A stretch of 64,000 nt of DNA from the NCBI GenBank assembly GCA_030248215.1, contig JASANG010000295.1, forward strand, positions 310,001-374,000, in the 5' to 3' direction. Origin of the DNA: Enoplolaimus lenunculus (taxonomy: Eukaryota). The translations under genes were made by a program, and so were the position numbers. Below the pieces are notes generated by a model. It ran no database searches and was not told the origin of the DNA. It saw nothing but the letters and a program-made list of their open reading frames with translations. Below are positions 28,821 to 41,703 of this stretch, in pieces (position 1 is the stretch's first letter; each line of letters starts with the position of its first letter).

Positions 28821-30455
28821 CTACTTGGCCGCGGAGCTGTAATAAACCGTTTCTGTAGGTTGTCGAAATGAAATCCTCGACGGATTTCGGGTTACTTCCT
28901 CGCCATCACTTCCCTTATCGGCGCCAGCATCCGTAGCTGCCGTTTCTTCAAGCCGTGTTGAAGCTTTCCGCACTCCGTTACCCCCTGCCGGAACGCTGCC
29001 TACATTCGCCATAAACGATCCCTGCTTTCGATAGCTTGCATCATTTAGTCTTTCTTCCAAAATCAGCATAGCTTGACGGCTTAGCTTCCGCGGTGGGATT
29101 GGCCGCCGTCCCCCGTACCCCACGTCTCTTGCACCACTGCCAGTCTTCGTTAAGACTTTGGCGAATTTCTGATCAAGCTGTGTGGTGGCGTTACGTTTAT
29201 CGCGCAAAAAGCGAACACAAACGCAAACTACGCCGAACAACCAAATCGAAATCGCCAAAGCAATAAACCCGCAAACGATCAAAAAACCTAACATTACAGC
29301 TAGCGCTGCCGGTTCTTCATCTGGTTGTTTTCCGCCGGTTTCAGTTTCGGTAGACCTCAAATTTCCGCTGCCCACACCTCCGTGTTGAAATTGACCAACG
29401 TCAGTCGCCGATCGCCCGATCAGCTCGTTTAACGGTCGGCTACTGTGAAATTTTTCGCCACCACTCCCATCTCGCCTAGTTCCACTCCCAAGTATCTCTC
29501 CAGACCGCCCCCTGCCGTTGCTACTAGCCGCCCCAGACCGGGTCAAAAATTGACTCGCACTCCCGATCATAGGTAAATCACTAGCGAACCGACGCCCACT
29601 CATTTGCTCTAAAAATCCCACTAACCATGGCTCTGGTGTATCTGCAATTGCAGTTATAAGAACGGAAATCATAGCTATTGCAATTCCTATAACTGCGAGT
29701 CGCCAAATGATATACGGTGCCAACAAAATAATTGTATCCTTGTAAATACCGATCAGAGCGCAAACTACTGCTGCTAGCACCACTACGACTACTGTTAAGT
29801 GGTAAACAGACGTGTTCGGCAAGTAAGGATCATCTTCTGATCGGTACTTTATAAATCGTCCAATAACTTGAAGTGCTCCAGCCAGTGAAAACAACGCATC
29901 CAGAACGGCGACTATAATTGTGCCAGTTTTAGCGTGAAAACAGCAACAACGATATTTACTAGCGTTTGGATCAAACGCAGCCACTACGTTGCCGCCACTT
30001 GTCGCAGAAGTTGTTGAAGTTGTTGGTGCTATTTGTGTTGTTACTGAGTCGGTTGCGGTGATTGGCTTTGTTGTTGTTGTTTTTGTTGTTGTTGTCAGTG
30101 TTGCTGTTGTTGCGGTTGCTGTTTGTGTTGTTATCGTTTCTGGTATCGTTGTTCTTGTATTTGTTGCATTTGTGATAGTTGATGTTGTCTGCTTTGTTAT
30201 TTTTGTTGCTGTTGTAGCTGTATTTGATGTCGGAGCTGTTTTTGTTATTTTTGATGTTTTTGTTTCAGTTGCTGCATTGGTTGCTGTTGTTGTTAACGTT
30301 TTGGTTGGTGTTGTCGTTGTTGTTGTTGTTGCGTTTGTCGTTGCTGCTGTAGTTGTATCACAGTCTGATCTGCTACCGTTAATGTCAGTTTTTGACTTAG
30401 CAGACAATGATGCGGTTGTGGCAGGCGTTGCAAGACGCGTAAACGTTGCTGACAT
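28821..30455 (-). CDS. 544-aa four-TM protein of LAPTM4/5 (Mtp)-like type with Thr-rich N-terminus
   Basis: Long uninterrupted ORF. FDPNASKYRCCCFHAKTGTIIV motif precedes TM1 (Cys-cluster/H-x-x-TG pattern of LAPTM-like tetraspanners, common in nematodes); four hydrophobic stretches. Acceptor ttaattcag at 30549-30541 lies 85 nt upstream of the ATG, with the frame open between them. Confidence 0.85.
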   Translation of the reverse strand: MSATFTRLATPATTASLSAKSKTDINGSRSDCDTTTAATTNATTTTTTTPTKTLTTTATNAATETKTSKITKTAPTSNTATTATKITKQTTSTITNATNTRTTIPETITTQTATATTATLTTTTKTTTTKPITATDSVTTQIAPTTSTTSATSGGNVVAAFDPNASKYRCCCFHAKTGTIIVAVLDALFSLAGALQVIGRFIKYRSEDDPYLPNTSVYHLTVVVVVLAAVVCALIGIYKDTIILLAPYIIWRLAVIGIAIAMISVLITAIADTPEPWLVGFLEQMSGRRFASDLPMIGSASQFLTRSGAASSNGRGRSGEILGSGTRRDGSGGEKFHSSRPLNELIGRSATDVGQFQHGGVGSGNLRSTETETGGKQPDEEPAALAVMLGFLIVCGFIALAISIWLFGVVCVCVRFLRDKRNATTQLDQKFAKVLTKTGSGARDVGYGGRRPIPPRKLSRQAMLILEERLNDASYRKQGSFMANVGSVPAGGNGVRKASTRLEETAATDAGADKGSDGEEVTRNPSRISFRQPTETVYYSSAAK

Positions 30456-30919
30456 AGTTGTGTTTATGCCGCAATCGAGAAAAACGTTTCTGTTATCGCC
30501 GTTGTTGTTGCTGCTGCTGTTGTTGATAAATGCTTCTATGCTGAATTAACTCATTAGTTAATTAATTATTAAAATAAGAACATGACTATATCAAATGGAA
30601 GTATAAAGATGTTTTATTAAGTTGTACTAGAACATATTCAAAAATGTGTTTATGTTACCGAGAATGGATGATGCATAGTTCAACAAGGGTACTTATGCAA
30701 CCGGGCAAATTCTTTGTAAGAAAGACTATACCAGGCACAGGTCGTATTTCTGGCCTACCCCTACTTTAGATGGGGCACAACCTGTGCGAACCATGGCACT
30801 TTATATATCCGGCGTCGAAAATACTCCACTTATAGTTACATTTAGGGTTATTGCATGTGAGCTACCCCTCTCAATAAGGGGGTGTGCCAAAATTTAACGC
30901 CCGGTGGTAACATTTTCTG

Positions 30920-31557
30920 ATATTGAAGAAATATTTTCTTAAATTCAAGACAATTACGTCTTACTCTAGACTCCAGACATATATGTCTTGAATGCAAGAC
31001 ATTAGTTACTGAAATTTTTCAAAACTCTGTGTCTGGAAATTTTAACACTTAATATCTTAAATTTAAGTGTGTTTAAATTTTAGAGCGTGTCTCATAAACG
31101 ATTAAGACAAATATTTCTGAAACATAAGACAAATGTGTCTGAAATAAAACACAGAGATTTGCAATGGAAACCGATTCCAAAATTGGGGGCTGAAGTTAAA
31201 CCCAGTTCCCTAATTTTACAATCCAAGATACGTCCAAGACGTCAATTTAGGTTGGGGGAAGCCTGAGCTCAACTCAAAATATCTTTGAAATTCGATTATT
31301 TATATACCATTTTAAGAATATAAACGGAGCAACTTTCTTACAAACATAAAAAATTAATTCTTGAATAAAAGACAACTATTTCTTGAAAAAATAACAATAG
31401 CAATTTCTTGAATATAGGACATTCATGTTTTAACCATTTAAGAAACAAACGTCTGCGCTGTTTAAGGCTATTCATGTCTGTAATACAAGATATTAATGTC
31501 TTGAAAATTTAAAAAGGTATGAGTCTTGCACTTTTAAGACAATTTATTTTGTGTGTA
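30920..31557. repeat. Probable non-autonomous DNA element remnant rich in AAGACA/TGTCTT motifs
   Basis: Many direct and inverted aagaca/tgtctt/ttcttgaa motifs; ends ttttgtgtgta. Left terminus not identified. Confidence 0.4.
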
Positions 31558-34500
31558 GTTACACCTGATATTTGTTAAATTCTGTCCAACAAGTACTTTC
31601 CTAAAGTCAAAATGCCATTACAATTGCTTTGTCTTGCAGTTCGTGGTATACTGATCTCGATTTCTGTATTAGTTTCCTTATTTTTAACTATCGGTTTGCA
31701 CCCTACAAAATATTAAACCTCCCACACACCAATATTGTATTTTTTAAAATACAGGATACATTAGTGTTACTTCTCTACCGTTTCCGTTTCCGGCAATTTT
31801 TTGATACTACATAATGCATAGTGTCACATCCTGTCACCTTCCAATTCCGGTCTATTGACTAATATCTGTTTTTGTATCCATTTCTGTTTTTTAACTATCG
31901 ATTTGCACCCAAAATCGTATTAAACCTCCCACACCAACGTAGTATATTTGCAGGCCGTCACTTCACCAACATTTTGATGTGTGTCGTAGCTTTTTCTAAC
32001 CACATATTTAAACCAGTACAAGAAAGTCAGAATAGTTTTGCGTCTGATTACAAATGGAACAGATCAAAACAAGACTAATATATGTATAGCGTTGATGAGA
32101 CCAAATAATGTTTAACACAGATGGCTGTTGTCAAAAACTAAAGCGGCATATAATGTTCCAGGATGGCAACTGCGGGTAAGATAGCACCACTGCGGGCTAA
32201 ACACAGTGCGTATTAATGGCACGTCCACAGTCTGCAATTAGATGCGAACAGTATGTATTCTCTATGCGGAAAAAGATGAACAACCTAGAATAGATTTTTA
32301 AAATAAGTGATTACTATTCTTCCAAAAATGTGTTAAACAGTACGTGAGACACAATGCCATAAGACGAGAAAAGTTTTGGTATAAGGTAGTGTGATGGTGA
32401 TTGATGCTAAGTCGTTTGAAACTGTTTTGAAACTGGTATATCGGATCATTCAACAAAAAAGCCCCCATACGAATTGTCTTTTTGGACTGTCCGAACTTTG
32501 ACCGTAAACTTTTTGGGTTCAAAAATTTAAGCATCAAAAAGTTAAAATGGAAAAGCTTTGTTTCGTTGTCATTTAAACGTTTCGACTTTGTGACAAACCA
32601 GTGTGGTCGACGCGTATATAGACACCATTTTTAAGCCTAACTTGACAACGTTCTTTACCAAAACTACAAACTATGGGCGCCGCAAGAGTACGGTATTGGA
32701 TAGCGAAAGTTGCGTCCACTTTTATATGATTTTTTAAAATAAAATGTGGTAGTGGCATTTTTTTAATTTTTACTCTACATGCCTCTGTCTAGATAATAAA
32801 CGGCTTAGGGAACCTAGCGGTATAGAAAGATGTGCAACCCGTCGCGAATGCGAACCCGCACTAGGAATAAAAAGCTATTTGCAGTCTGACCAAACGTTAA
32901 GTAATCGAAAATGAAACGAAAAACCCAAACCAGAAAGTTTAAAGTATATATAATTGTGGTATTTTGTAGTTTTGACTTTTCTTCAGTTTCAAATTTTGTC
33001 AACTATTTCAAACATAAATTTATATACAAAAGTTGAAAAAACTTCAATTTGTTTAGACAAGGCTAAGCTTTCTATGCCAAAATTTTAATTTTTAAGCAAA
33101 GAAAATTGAAAACCTATCGTTGTTGAAAATTTCCAACTTAACACCTTCAATACATGACATATCTCGGGACCGGAGTCTGGTACAAGATATAAACGTCAAG
33201 TTACAAAAGTTTTCGCAAACATATTATTTTGTGGGTGAAAAATAAATAACAGTCCGTATTAACCATGTAGCATGCAGGCAACTGTGCCAAAAATATCGTG
33301 CCTCTCCTCACAGTTATATATATTCACCGGGTCACTATAATACATGAAATATGTTTGGCGTGGACGGCACAAATATGCCGCTCTAACTAAAAATCAAGTG
33401 AAGTATCTATAAACGTGGCACGTTAACCTGGTATCTAAAAAACTGCTGCAGAAATGCTAAAAATATTTCCATCGTTTTCCTGCGGGGCTGTAATAGAGTC
33501 AGTTTAAGCTTTAGACTTCTGCTTATACACCTGATTCGGCCCTGTTCTATACATGGGCTGACATTCTTTAAAAAAGAAACAGTTGTATTTAAAGTTTAAA
33601 AACGACAATCCAGTTAAAATATATACCCACACTGGACAAAACCATGAAGCTGTTATGTAAGTATGTGTGAAATTTGTCATTTCACTGACTCTAGGGAAAG
33701 AGTATACCACAAAAGTGCCAGAATAAAATATAGCGTTTTGCCGTACAAAGCAAAACCGAACTATCAATTCAATTAGGCAATGTTTTATCTGTGTGAATTC
33801 ATAAAATCACGTATCAATCATGAACAGCATCATTTAGGAACCAAGACGCGAAGCTAAATCGCTGACGAACTCCCTTGAGTAGTCACCGAGGCCCCCCGAT
33901 ACGATTTACCGGCGTCACACTTTGACCCGCCTTGGTTTGAAAGATAGTGCAAAATGACCATATCTCGTGTAATTATTTTTAAGTGAGTATATATGTCGTT
34001 GCCCAAGCCGTAATTGAGTTCAATTCGGAATCGTGCTAGCCAAGGGCGGAATTCTTTCTCTGCTACAAGTGCACATCTTGTGTTTGGTTGCTACCTGCTC
34101 AATTATGACTTGGGCTACGACATATACACTTTAGATGGAGGTCCGTAATACATTTACGAAGTTCTAAGAGTGCTAAAATCTTGAGGTTCAGGAACTCTCT
34201 TTTGCACACAAGAGCATTCTATTTACAGTCCAGTAAGTATTAAAATTTATACCAAACCGTAATAAATGTTCATATTTCAAGACATTTAACCAGTATCATC
34301 AAGAAGTTGATAATTACAAACCGTTAAGCTATTCAAGAGCTTACTGATGGTTTTATTAGCGGACCCAGAGCACATCGGTAAATGTGTGAACAGAGAACCA
34401 GGAATGGGCATTGAAAAAACCATCGGAAAAACAATTTTATGATTTTTTATTTTTTCCGAAGGGATGTAAAAAACGGAAAATACTTATCACAAAACTATTT

Positions 34501-36474
34501 GTTTAATATTTGCAAAAAGCTTGTGTATCTCAGTGACGAAACACTGAAAAACATGTTAAATGCGCCTCACAACCGGCAAAGCGTTGCGCTTTGGTGCATG
34601 GGGGTCTGATTTATAGACTCCATTTTATAATACATGTTTGATTGAATAGTCAAAACGTTCCTGCTGCTTGTGTTCAGAGTAGCTGTGATGGAGCTGAATC
34701 ATACGGGCAGGCATAATTTCTGTTGCGATAACAGAGATCTTATTTATTCACGATTTTTTATGATAAATCCAACTTTTGCGATCTTAAAATGATTGCCATA
34801 TAATTTTTTTGCTGTTTTTACTTGATAAATTCCTAGCCGTGTAAACACCTTAATTTTCAATTTCACCTTCTGATCAAATTCGTGTAACAATGAGACTAAT
34901 AATCTTGTTAATAGCAGATTTTTTGCCAAATTAAACGCCACAGTTTGTGGCTACCTAGCTGGCAGATGCCATTTTTGACGCATCTGACATATTCCTTAAG
35001 TGTAAACTTAACATGCGTTAAAAGAGTAAAACGTTGATTCTTTTATTATCATTTTGGCACCAGACTTTAGCAGTCGTGTCTTTCCATTTGCTGTAGCACG
35101 AAACATTTCTTTCAATTTTTCCGTTTTTTTCCGGAAGAAACGCAAAAACAATCTCTGCTTTTACGGTTTGCCTGATGTGAACACATGCATACGAAGTAGC
35201 AAACTGCAACACAATTAGAATCAAATTTGATTTTTGTATCTTTCAAGCGTTTCAAATTCGGTACTCACCACCTTTCACAGCAAGTTTTGTGAAACATGTC
35301 TGACAACAAATATAAGAATATTGGACATTTTAGTTTTCCACCACCCTGTAGAAATGTGGGCCGAACAGTTTTCATTAACAACCTTATTGTAAGAAGCAGT
35401 GCTGAACAAAACCAATAACCTTGCCAGCTTCAAGCAAAAAAACTCGAATCTTTAAAGCCATATTCAAAGTATCATCAAATGCTCATTCGTGAATTTGGTA
35501 AGAAAAAATTGAACTGTCACTAAAAACCAATAATAATATTTTCAAATTATCCGAAATTTAAATATTTCCGTTGAACTGGACTGCGAATTTGGGGAAAATT
35601 TAACCAATTGTTTGATTTTAAACGATGCATTTATATTCACTATTAATATTTTGCGAGAGCAAGGTGGCGGAAAATCCAGGAACTTTTTACTGAGGAGAGT
35701 GCAATATGAAAACAATCTATAACGACGGCTCGCGAGCCAACCTATCGATAGGCTAAACGCTATTTTAGCCTTAATTCATAATACAAAATTTTGATTTTGT
35801 GCCGTTTCTGTTGGATGTTTGATTCGTTCTTTCGTATAAATTTGTCGTTGTTTTTAGCGTATTGCAACCAAAACTTATCAATTTTATAAATACGCCGCCA
35901 GGGTCAAAGCATCGGCAAAACAAGGAAGCGGAAAGCCAGAAACATATTTTGTATTACATTCAACACAAACTAATATCAAGTTCAGCCTTATTAAACATTT
36001 AGTAAACAAAACTGCACGAGCAGCACAAAAGTGAAAACTATCACGTAAAGACCCTACCAGCATTTCCTTAAATTTTCTGGCAAACTGATGCTACACCTTC
36101 TCGGCCGCTCCCGCACTTACTAGGGATTTACTAAAGCTTAAGTTCAGGATCGGAATTAGGAGCTACCTCAATGGTCAATATGCTGTTTCGCCACCTCGCC
36201 TTAGGGAGGTTACGATTAGTTTATAATTTACCTATATAAGCATGCAACTAATATTAAGTATTAACAAACAACCAAACTGTTGTTGGATATTCTGAACCAA
36301 TGAAAATATTTGCGCATTGCATTATAGCAGAGTTAATTCGGATTCCGGCTGAAATTCCAGGCAAAATTTCCATTGCTATTCCGATTCACAGACGAAGTGT
36401 GAATCCGTTGCTAGAATTCTGGTATTTTTGGTTACGTGTGTTTTTCCATCAAAACTGTTTCATTTTTAAACTTA

Positions 36475-36750
36475 CTGTAGTGACCGGAATAAGAGGGGGG
36501 ACTGATATTTATTTGGCATCTCCAGAGGGTACCACCCTGGTTATTCGATTACGGACTGTTATTTATTTTTAACCCACGCTCCGCCGCACTTCGTTACTGA
36601 TATATCCGGTACTGCAATTATCCGTTGAATTAAACGTTTATTTGTCATGTGCCAATAGCTTGAGCGATAATTCAGGGATATACTTAGGAATGTACTTTCA
36701 AAATTTAAGTACGCTTTAACGTTTTGAATTCAAATTATTTGGTCCTGGAA
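36475..36750 (+). mobile_element. MITE family B, 3'-truncated copy
   Basis: ta|CTGTAGTGACCGGAATAAGAGGGGG start; colinear with the 19333 copy until about 36750. Confidence 0.82.
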
Positions 36751-37149
36751 TGTGAAATAAAACGTATTCGGCTTTATACAACTAAAAATTATCAAAATTA
36801 TATCACATTTAAAACTAAAAATTCCAATTCTGGTTAAGATTCCGTCCTGCAAATTTAATTCCGATTCCGATTCCGATAAAATTACGATCCGGTTGGAACA
36901 TTGCATTATAGTGAAAAGTAGAGGTGTACGGCGGCACCAAGTGGTCGAATAGGTATACAGGGAATCGCAAATAATTAGTGAGGTGGGCCAAACGTGTAAT
37001 TGTCCGAATTTTGCTTTATCATTGGTAAATTTTGCATTCTTTGACCACTAGTAAATTAAACATATTTATTAAATTTAGCTTCTTCTCTGGTTTCACCTCA
37101 GGTCTCTATTCCGGTAAATTTTGTCGACCTCCGGATTCGGTATTTTGCA

Positions 37150-37535
37150 CTGTAGTGACGCGAATAAGAGTGGGGGAGGGGTAATAAGAGGAGGTCCCCA
37201 TTTTGAGTCCCAATCAATAGGAGTCCGTAACCCTAATAAGAGTCCATAAGCGTATAAAATCCCTAAACCCTAAGTAGAGTCCATAAATGTCAATTATCCC
37301 AATTGTAGCGTTTAAATGACTCCAGGGTCAAATAAAGTTGTTCGAAACTTTACAGCGTACTTAAGTTTGAAAGTACATTTCTGAGTATAACCTTGCATTT
37401 ATCGCTCAAGCTTTTGATGCAAGTCAAGAAAGTTTAACTCAACGGATAGTTGCAATACCGGATATATATCAGTGAGGGTGGCGGATGGTGGGTTAAAAAA
37501 TAAAAGTCCGTAACCGAATAACAGGGCGTACCTGG
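37150..37535 (-). mobile_element. MITE family B, inverted near-full copy
   Basis: ctgtagtgacgcgaataagag start; internal sequence is the reverse complement of family B. Confidence 0.82.
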
Positions 37536-38539
37536 ACGAAGTGACTCACAGAATCTACAATCAGTACTGCGTTTAATATGATGACCGATTTTGTTGTATA
37601 TGTTTTGCAAGAAATTTTACCTGTTGATTGAAATATTAAAACCTAACGCACTACATCTGGTAGCACTGTAATTTACAAAAAAACTTCCTTTATTTACTGA
37701 CTGGTTTGAAATCGCATGCACCATTGCAATAACGCTAAGAAGTTGCTTTTCAAATAAAACCGGCATTCATGTGGACATAATTCGGTTATGAACCACACAT
37801 GAAGACAGAGCACAGGAAATGGACAAGGCTATCGAAGTTTGCATTAATACACAATATGGAGATGAGAACATAAGAGAACACAAACGTCCGGAAACATTGA
37901 GTGATTAAAAGTCATCAAGATGCTGCATGAAATTTCCTTCTTGCGTGGTTTTATGGCTCTGTTGTGAAAACTCTAGATCCAGTAGCCATTTTACAAGCAT
38001 AATTATTAATATGCCAGTCTAGAGAACTAGTTTATTCTATTCTGTGGGTTTCATATGGTAAAGATACACATTAAGCCTTTTTATGACCCTTTTAAAAATT
38101 CTCATGGGTAATCTACGGTAAGGCCGTTTTATCAAATTACAAATTTCAGAAATTTTCCTATAAATTAGTTTTCATGCTTAACTAAAAATTAGCAATTAAT
38201 ACCGTCATTCTCTCCTTTCAAACTGTACTGCATATGTAATAAATACTTCGAATGAAATACTACAGTGTGTTTGCAACCCTAAAAATATATTTCTTCCAAA
38301 AATGTTTACTCGTATGAAAAAACCGCAATACTTTTCCTTATATTTGGTTTCAGTTCATATAAGGGGCACTATCGGGTCTTGTGGAAATTTTACACTGCAT
38401 ATAAAAGCGAAGTAATTGCTATGCGCTTCCGCTTCGCATTATGTATTAATAGGTAACGTATACAGATTGCTTTTGAGTTGCTTAATACAGTCTGTTATAC
38501 GTGAGATGGGATATAGGCAGCGATTGAAAAATTTTCAGC

Positions 38540-38692
38540 CATGGATTCGAATCCCAACATCATGGGTAGGAGGCGTTTACCATCACCACTGATCTATGCG
38601 AGCTTAACGCTCGAGGCCGAGAGGACACTTTACATCTTTATGAAAATTTGACATTGCGCATAAATACGCGTTGCGTAGCAAATTTATAAACT
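38540..38692 (-). mobile_element. Partial copy of the tRNA-like/piggyBac-like MITE
   Basis: Minus strand reads ctcgagcgttaagctcgcatagatcagtggtgatggtaaacgcctcc...gggattcgaatcc, homologous to 39078-39151; termini not seen. Confidence 0.65.
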
Positions 38693-38939
38693 ATTTTTGT
38701 TTAATTTCCTCATCACGGTGTAAAGGATAGTAAAAATAACGAAAACGGCAGTTTGACGCAAAAGTTTCAAGATAGTGGATCTAGAAAGTGGACCCATGTT
38801 TAAAATGAATCACACTTCGCTCGCAGCGCGATTTTTTAATGGCGTTTTCTGCTACTTTGTAAAAACACTTTAGTTAAAGTACTTTAGTTATATTTCACTA
38901 ACTTTTTAAGTAGGTATAAGTGTCCTAAATAATGATTAA

Positions 38940-39203
38940 CCCCTTCTCACATTGAGTTGCCTATAGGCCACTCAGCGCCGTGTATATACGGTAAATAATA
39001 AATATCGTACCGTGTTTAACAAATTGCAACACGTATACATAGTACTAAGTCACCACAAGACGTGAGAACCCCTTCGGGCTCGAGCGTCAAGCTTCTATAG
39101 CTGAGTGGTGATGGTATACGCCTCCCACTCCAGTCACTGGAGTTCGAATCCTAGCAGAAAAGTAGGTCTAAGGGGAAATAGAAAATCTTCATGTGAGAAA
39201 GGG
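38940..39203 (+). mobile_element. piggyBac-like MITE (TTAA flanks) with internal Pol III A and B boxes
   Basis: TTAA|CCCCTTCTCACAT ... ATGTGAGAAAGGG|TTAA; A box TAGCTGAGTGG at 39098-39108, B box GTTCGAATCC at 39142-39151. Confidence 0.78.
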
Positions 39204-39519
39204 TTAAGCGAAAAATTTTCTGTTTACTATCTTTAAACTTTAAAATTTCTATTTTAAGACTCAGCTTTCTGCGAACAGTTAACTCTTGTCTACATTTTAG
39301 GCTCTGGAACCTGAATCTAAATGCGTGGTTACTTAGCAGTTTCTATGGCTGTGGCCTACTGACGGTGGTTCTATTTCTTATTATTAATCTGAGTGGGGGT
39401 TCACGTTATCTTTAAACATACCTAAAAGCTTGAGGTTCAAGCCTAAGGGGATCTCACGACTTGTGGAGATTTTGCACTTTATAAACACGTAGTAATTGTT
39501 AAACGCTGTGAATTGTGTA

Positions 39520-39863
39520 CTGTAGTGACCCGAATAAGAGGGGGGGCTGATATTTATTTGGCCTCTCCAGAGTGCACCCCCCTTGTTATTCGGTTACGGA
39601 CTGTTAATTATTTTTAACCCAAGGTCCGCCGCCCTTCGTTACTGATATATAACTGGCACTGCAATCATCCGTTGCATTAAACGTTTTATTTGTCTTGTGT
39701 CAATAGCTTGAGCGATAGTACAAGGTTACACTTAGGAATGTACTTTCAAAATTTATTTACGCTTTAAAGTTTCAAACTCAAATTATTTGGTCCTGGAGTC
39801 ATTTATGCGCTAAAATTAGGGTCAATTGACATTTACGGACTCTAATTAGGGTTTACGGACTCT
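39520..39863 (+). mobile_element. MITE family B, 3'-truncated copy
   Basis: ta|CTGTAGTGACCCGAATAAGAGGGGGGG start, colinear with family B. Confidence 0.85.
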
Positions 39864-41510
39864 GTTCTAGCGGAGGCGAACGCCCGTTTAGTACCGTAGA
39901 ATTTCGTTAACGGAAACGTATATCGATGTTTACAGGAAAAAATATTCGGTTACAGCTTGATATTTATACGAGTTTTGCCACTATTGCGGATATTTTAGTC
40001 GTGTTAACGAAAGCCGCAATATGCTTCAGTGGAAAACTAATTCAGATACCTGAACAAATTGCGCACGTCTGACCAACATGTAAACCACAGAATTCTAGTT
40101 ACACAATTTTACCTGCGACATAAAGCTTGCGAATCGTATGACTTTTGCCCAAGTTGGGCATTTTTTCTAGTAACAATATGTCAGTCCACAAAACCCTTAG
40201 CAATGCGATTTCGCACTTTAAGCTTACAAAACGTAATTATATAGTGGCCACGTAGGGCCTAATTATAAGTTTACATTTCGACTAGCCGCCGTGCACAGAT
40301 TTCAAAGTTTTACGCCATCTAGCAACGCCTACACCTAACTTAAGTTCTAAGAGAGACGAAGTGGAGAAAGGGACTCCCTTAAGGTGTGGTCTAGGGTTTG
40401 GATTAAGTCGAGAGTCGTGATTTTACTTGCTTTGTAGATTTGACTATAAAAGACTGAGTTTTTAAAACAAAATTTATGCACGTGTAGTCTAAATAGAGTT
40501 AAGTTTGCTGCAAAACTAGCTTTGTTGCAGACAGTGACGGAGCAGACAGGGGTGTGGGATCCCCATACACTATAGACTTCGGGCCCTCAAGCGTGAAACC
40601 AGACGCATTTTGAGACTTCAATGGTTTTTTGTTTCAAACCCGCTTAGGGTGAGGGCCTTTAGGGGTGGGGCACCCAAAACAGGGGGTAATGGGGTGGCTG
40701 ATCCGGTCCTGGTTGCAGAGATTGGAAGAGTCGACCTCTCACTTTCCATTTGGAACTTAAGTCGTGAAAGAGACATAACTTTGCGGAACAAAACTTATGA
40801 GAAATTGGTAGCCCTGGAGCACGGGCGTCTGCAGAAACTTATATTTGGGGGCACCGAATAATTTTGGGTGGCCTACAGTTGCAATTCAACATAGTTTATC
40901 AACCAACCTGTTGTCCAAGTTTAATGTCCACAATTTACTTCAACTCAATAGTGATGCCAAGAGCAACGCAACAAATGATTATGCTGCCGACTTTTGAGTC
41001 AGACAGAGATTGGCCAGGATTGTACACCAAATAAAACAAAATATATGCGAAGCCCTTCTTATTCGTAATTTTAAATTGTACAGGTTTAGTGGTAGCTGCC
41101 GATAGTTCTTTTTTCTCCAAAAAATGGGAACTGCAAATTTTGTTTTGTGGGCTAAATCTTTTATGAAATTTGCGTAGTTTGCCTTAAATCATGTTGGTGT
41201 AGCCAGTACTTGGAGATATCAAATTATCAAAAGGAATGAAGTAATGAGGGATTAAATTGGTTTGCGTACACAAATCACACAAGTTCCCTGAAAGAAGTCA
41301 CGATTTCATGTGCATCTGCGTTTAAGACATATCTCTGTTGTTAGACAAGATGCAGTCTATTTTTCAACTACTAAATCAATTATATCAAAGCTCAAATGAA
41401 GTGTGGCAGTACCAAAAATATTTGTGTGCAGTTTTCTGATTGATTCTAATTTTAATTTGTTTTTGAATACTTCGGCTGAATAGTACATTCGCGACGAAAT
41501 ACGTTAGCTA

Positions 41511-41543
41511 TTCTAGCAGCTTCTACGCACTTCAAGTCATTTC
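41511..41543 (+). promoter_or_regulatory. Candidate heat-shock element (step type) upstream of hsp90
   Basis: TTC at 41511, 41521, 41531 and 41541 (exact 10-bp period), first unit TTCTAGCA; lies just upstream of the putative non-coding first exon. Confidence 0.55.
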
Positions 41544-41579
41544 GGTAACACGAAAGTTGATTCGCTGAGCTGTAACATT

Positions 41580-41703
41580 AGCAGTGTTTCATATTTGCGT
41601 TTACGCTGTTTCGTTTTATCACGTTATATTGCCTGTATTTTGAAATTATTATTCGGTTTGCAAATTCGTACGGTGTGCATTGATTCATAAAAGCAGAATA
41701 CAA
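41580..41703 (+). other. Putative non-coding first exon of hsp90 (start approximate)
   Basis: Strong donor AA|GTGAGT at 41704; acceptor tatag ends at 42275, one base before the ATG, an arrangement like Drosophila Hsp83 and vertebrate HSP90. Trans-splicing at 42275 is an alternative. Confidence 0.45.

Noticed and set aside
29989..30549. 186-aa Val-rich plus-strand ORF
   Set aside because: Antisense shadow of the Thr-rich region of the 544-aa ORF.
39091..39162. Possible functional tRNA gene
   Set aside because: A and B boxes are present, but acceptor, D and anticodon stems do not form a proper cloverleaf, and it lies inside a repeated MITE.
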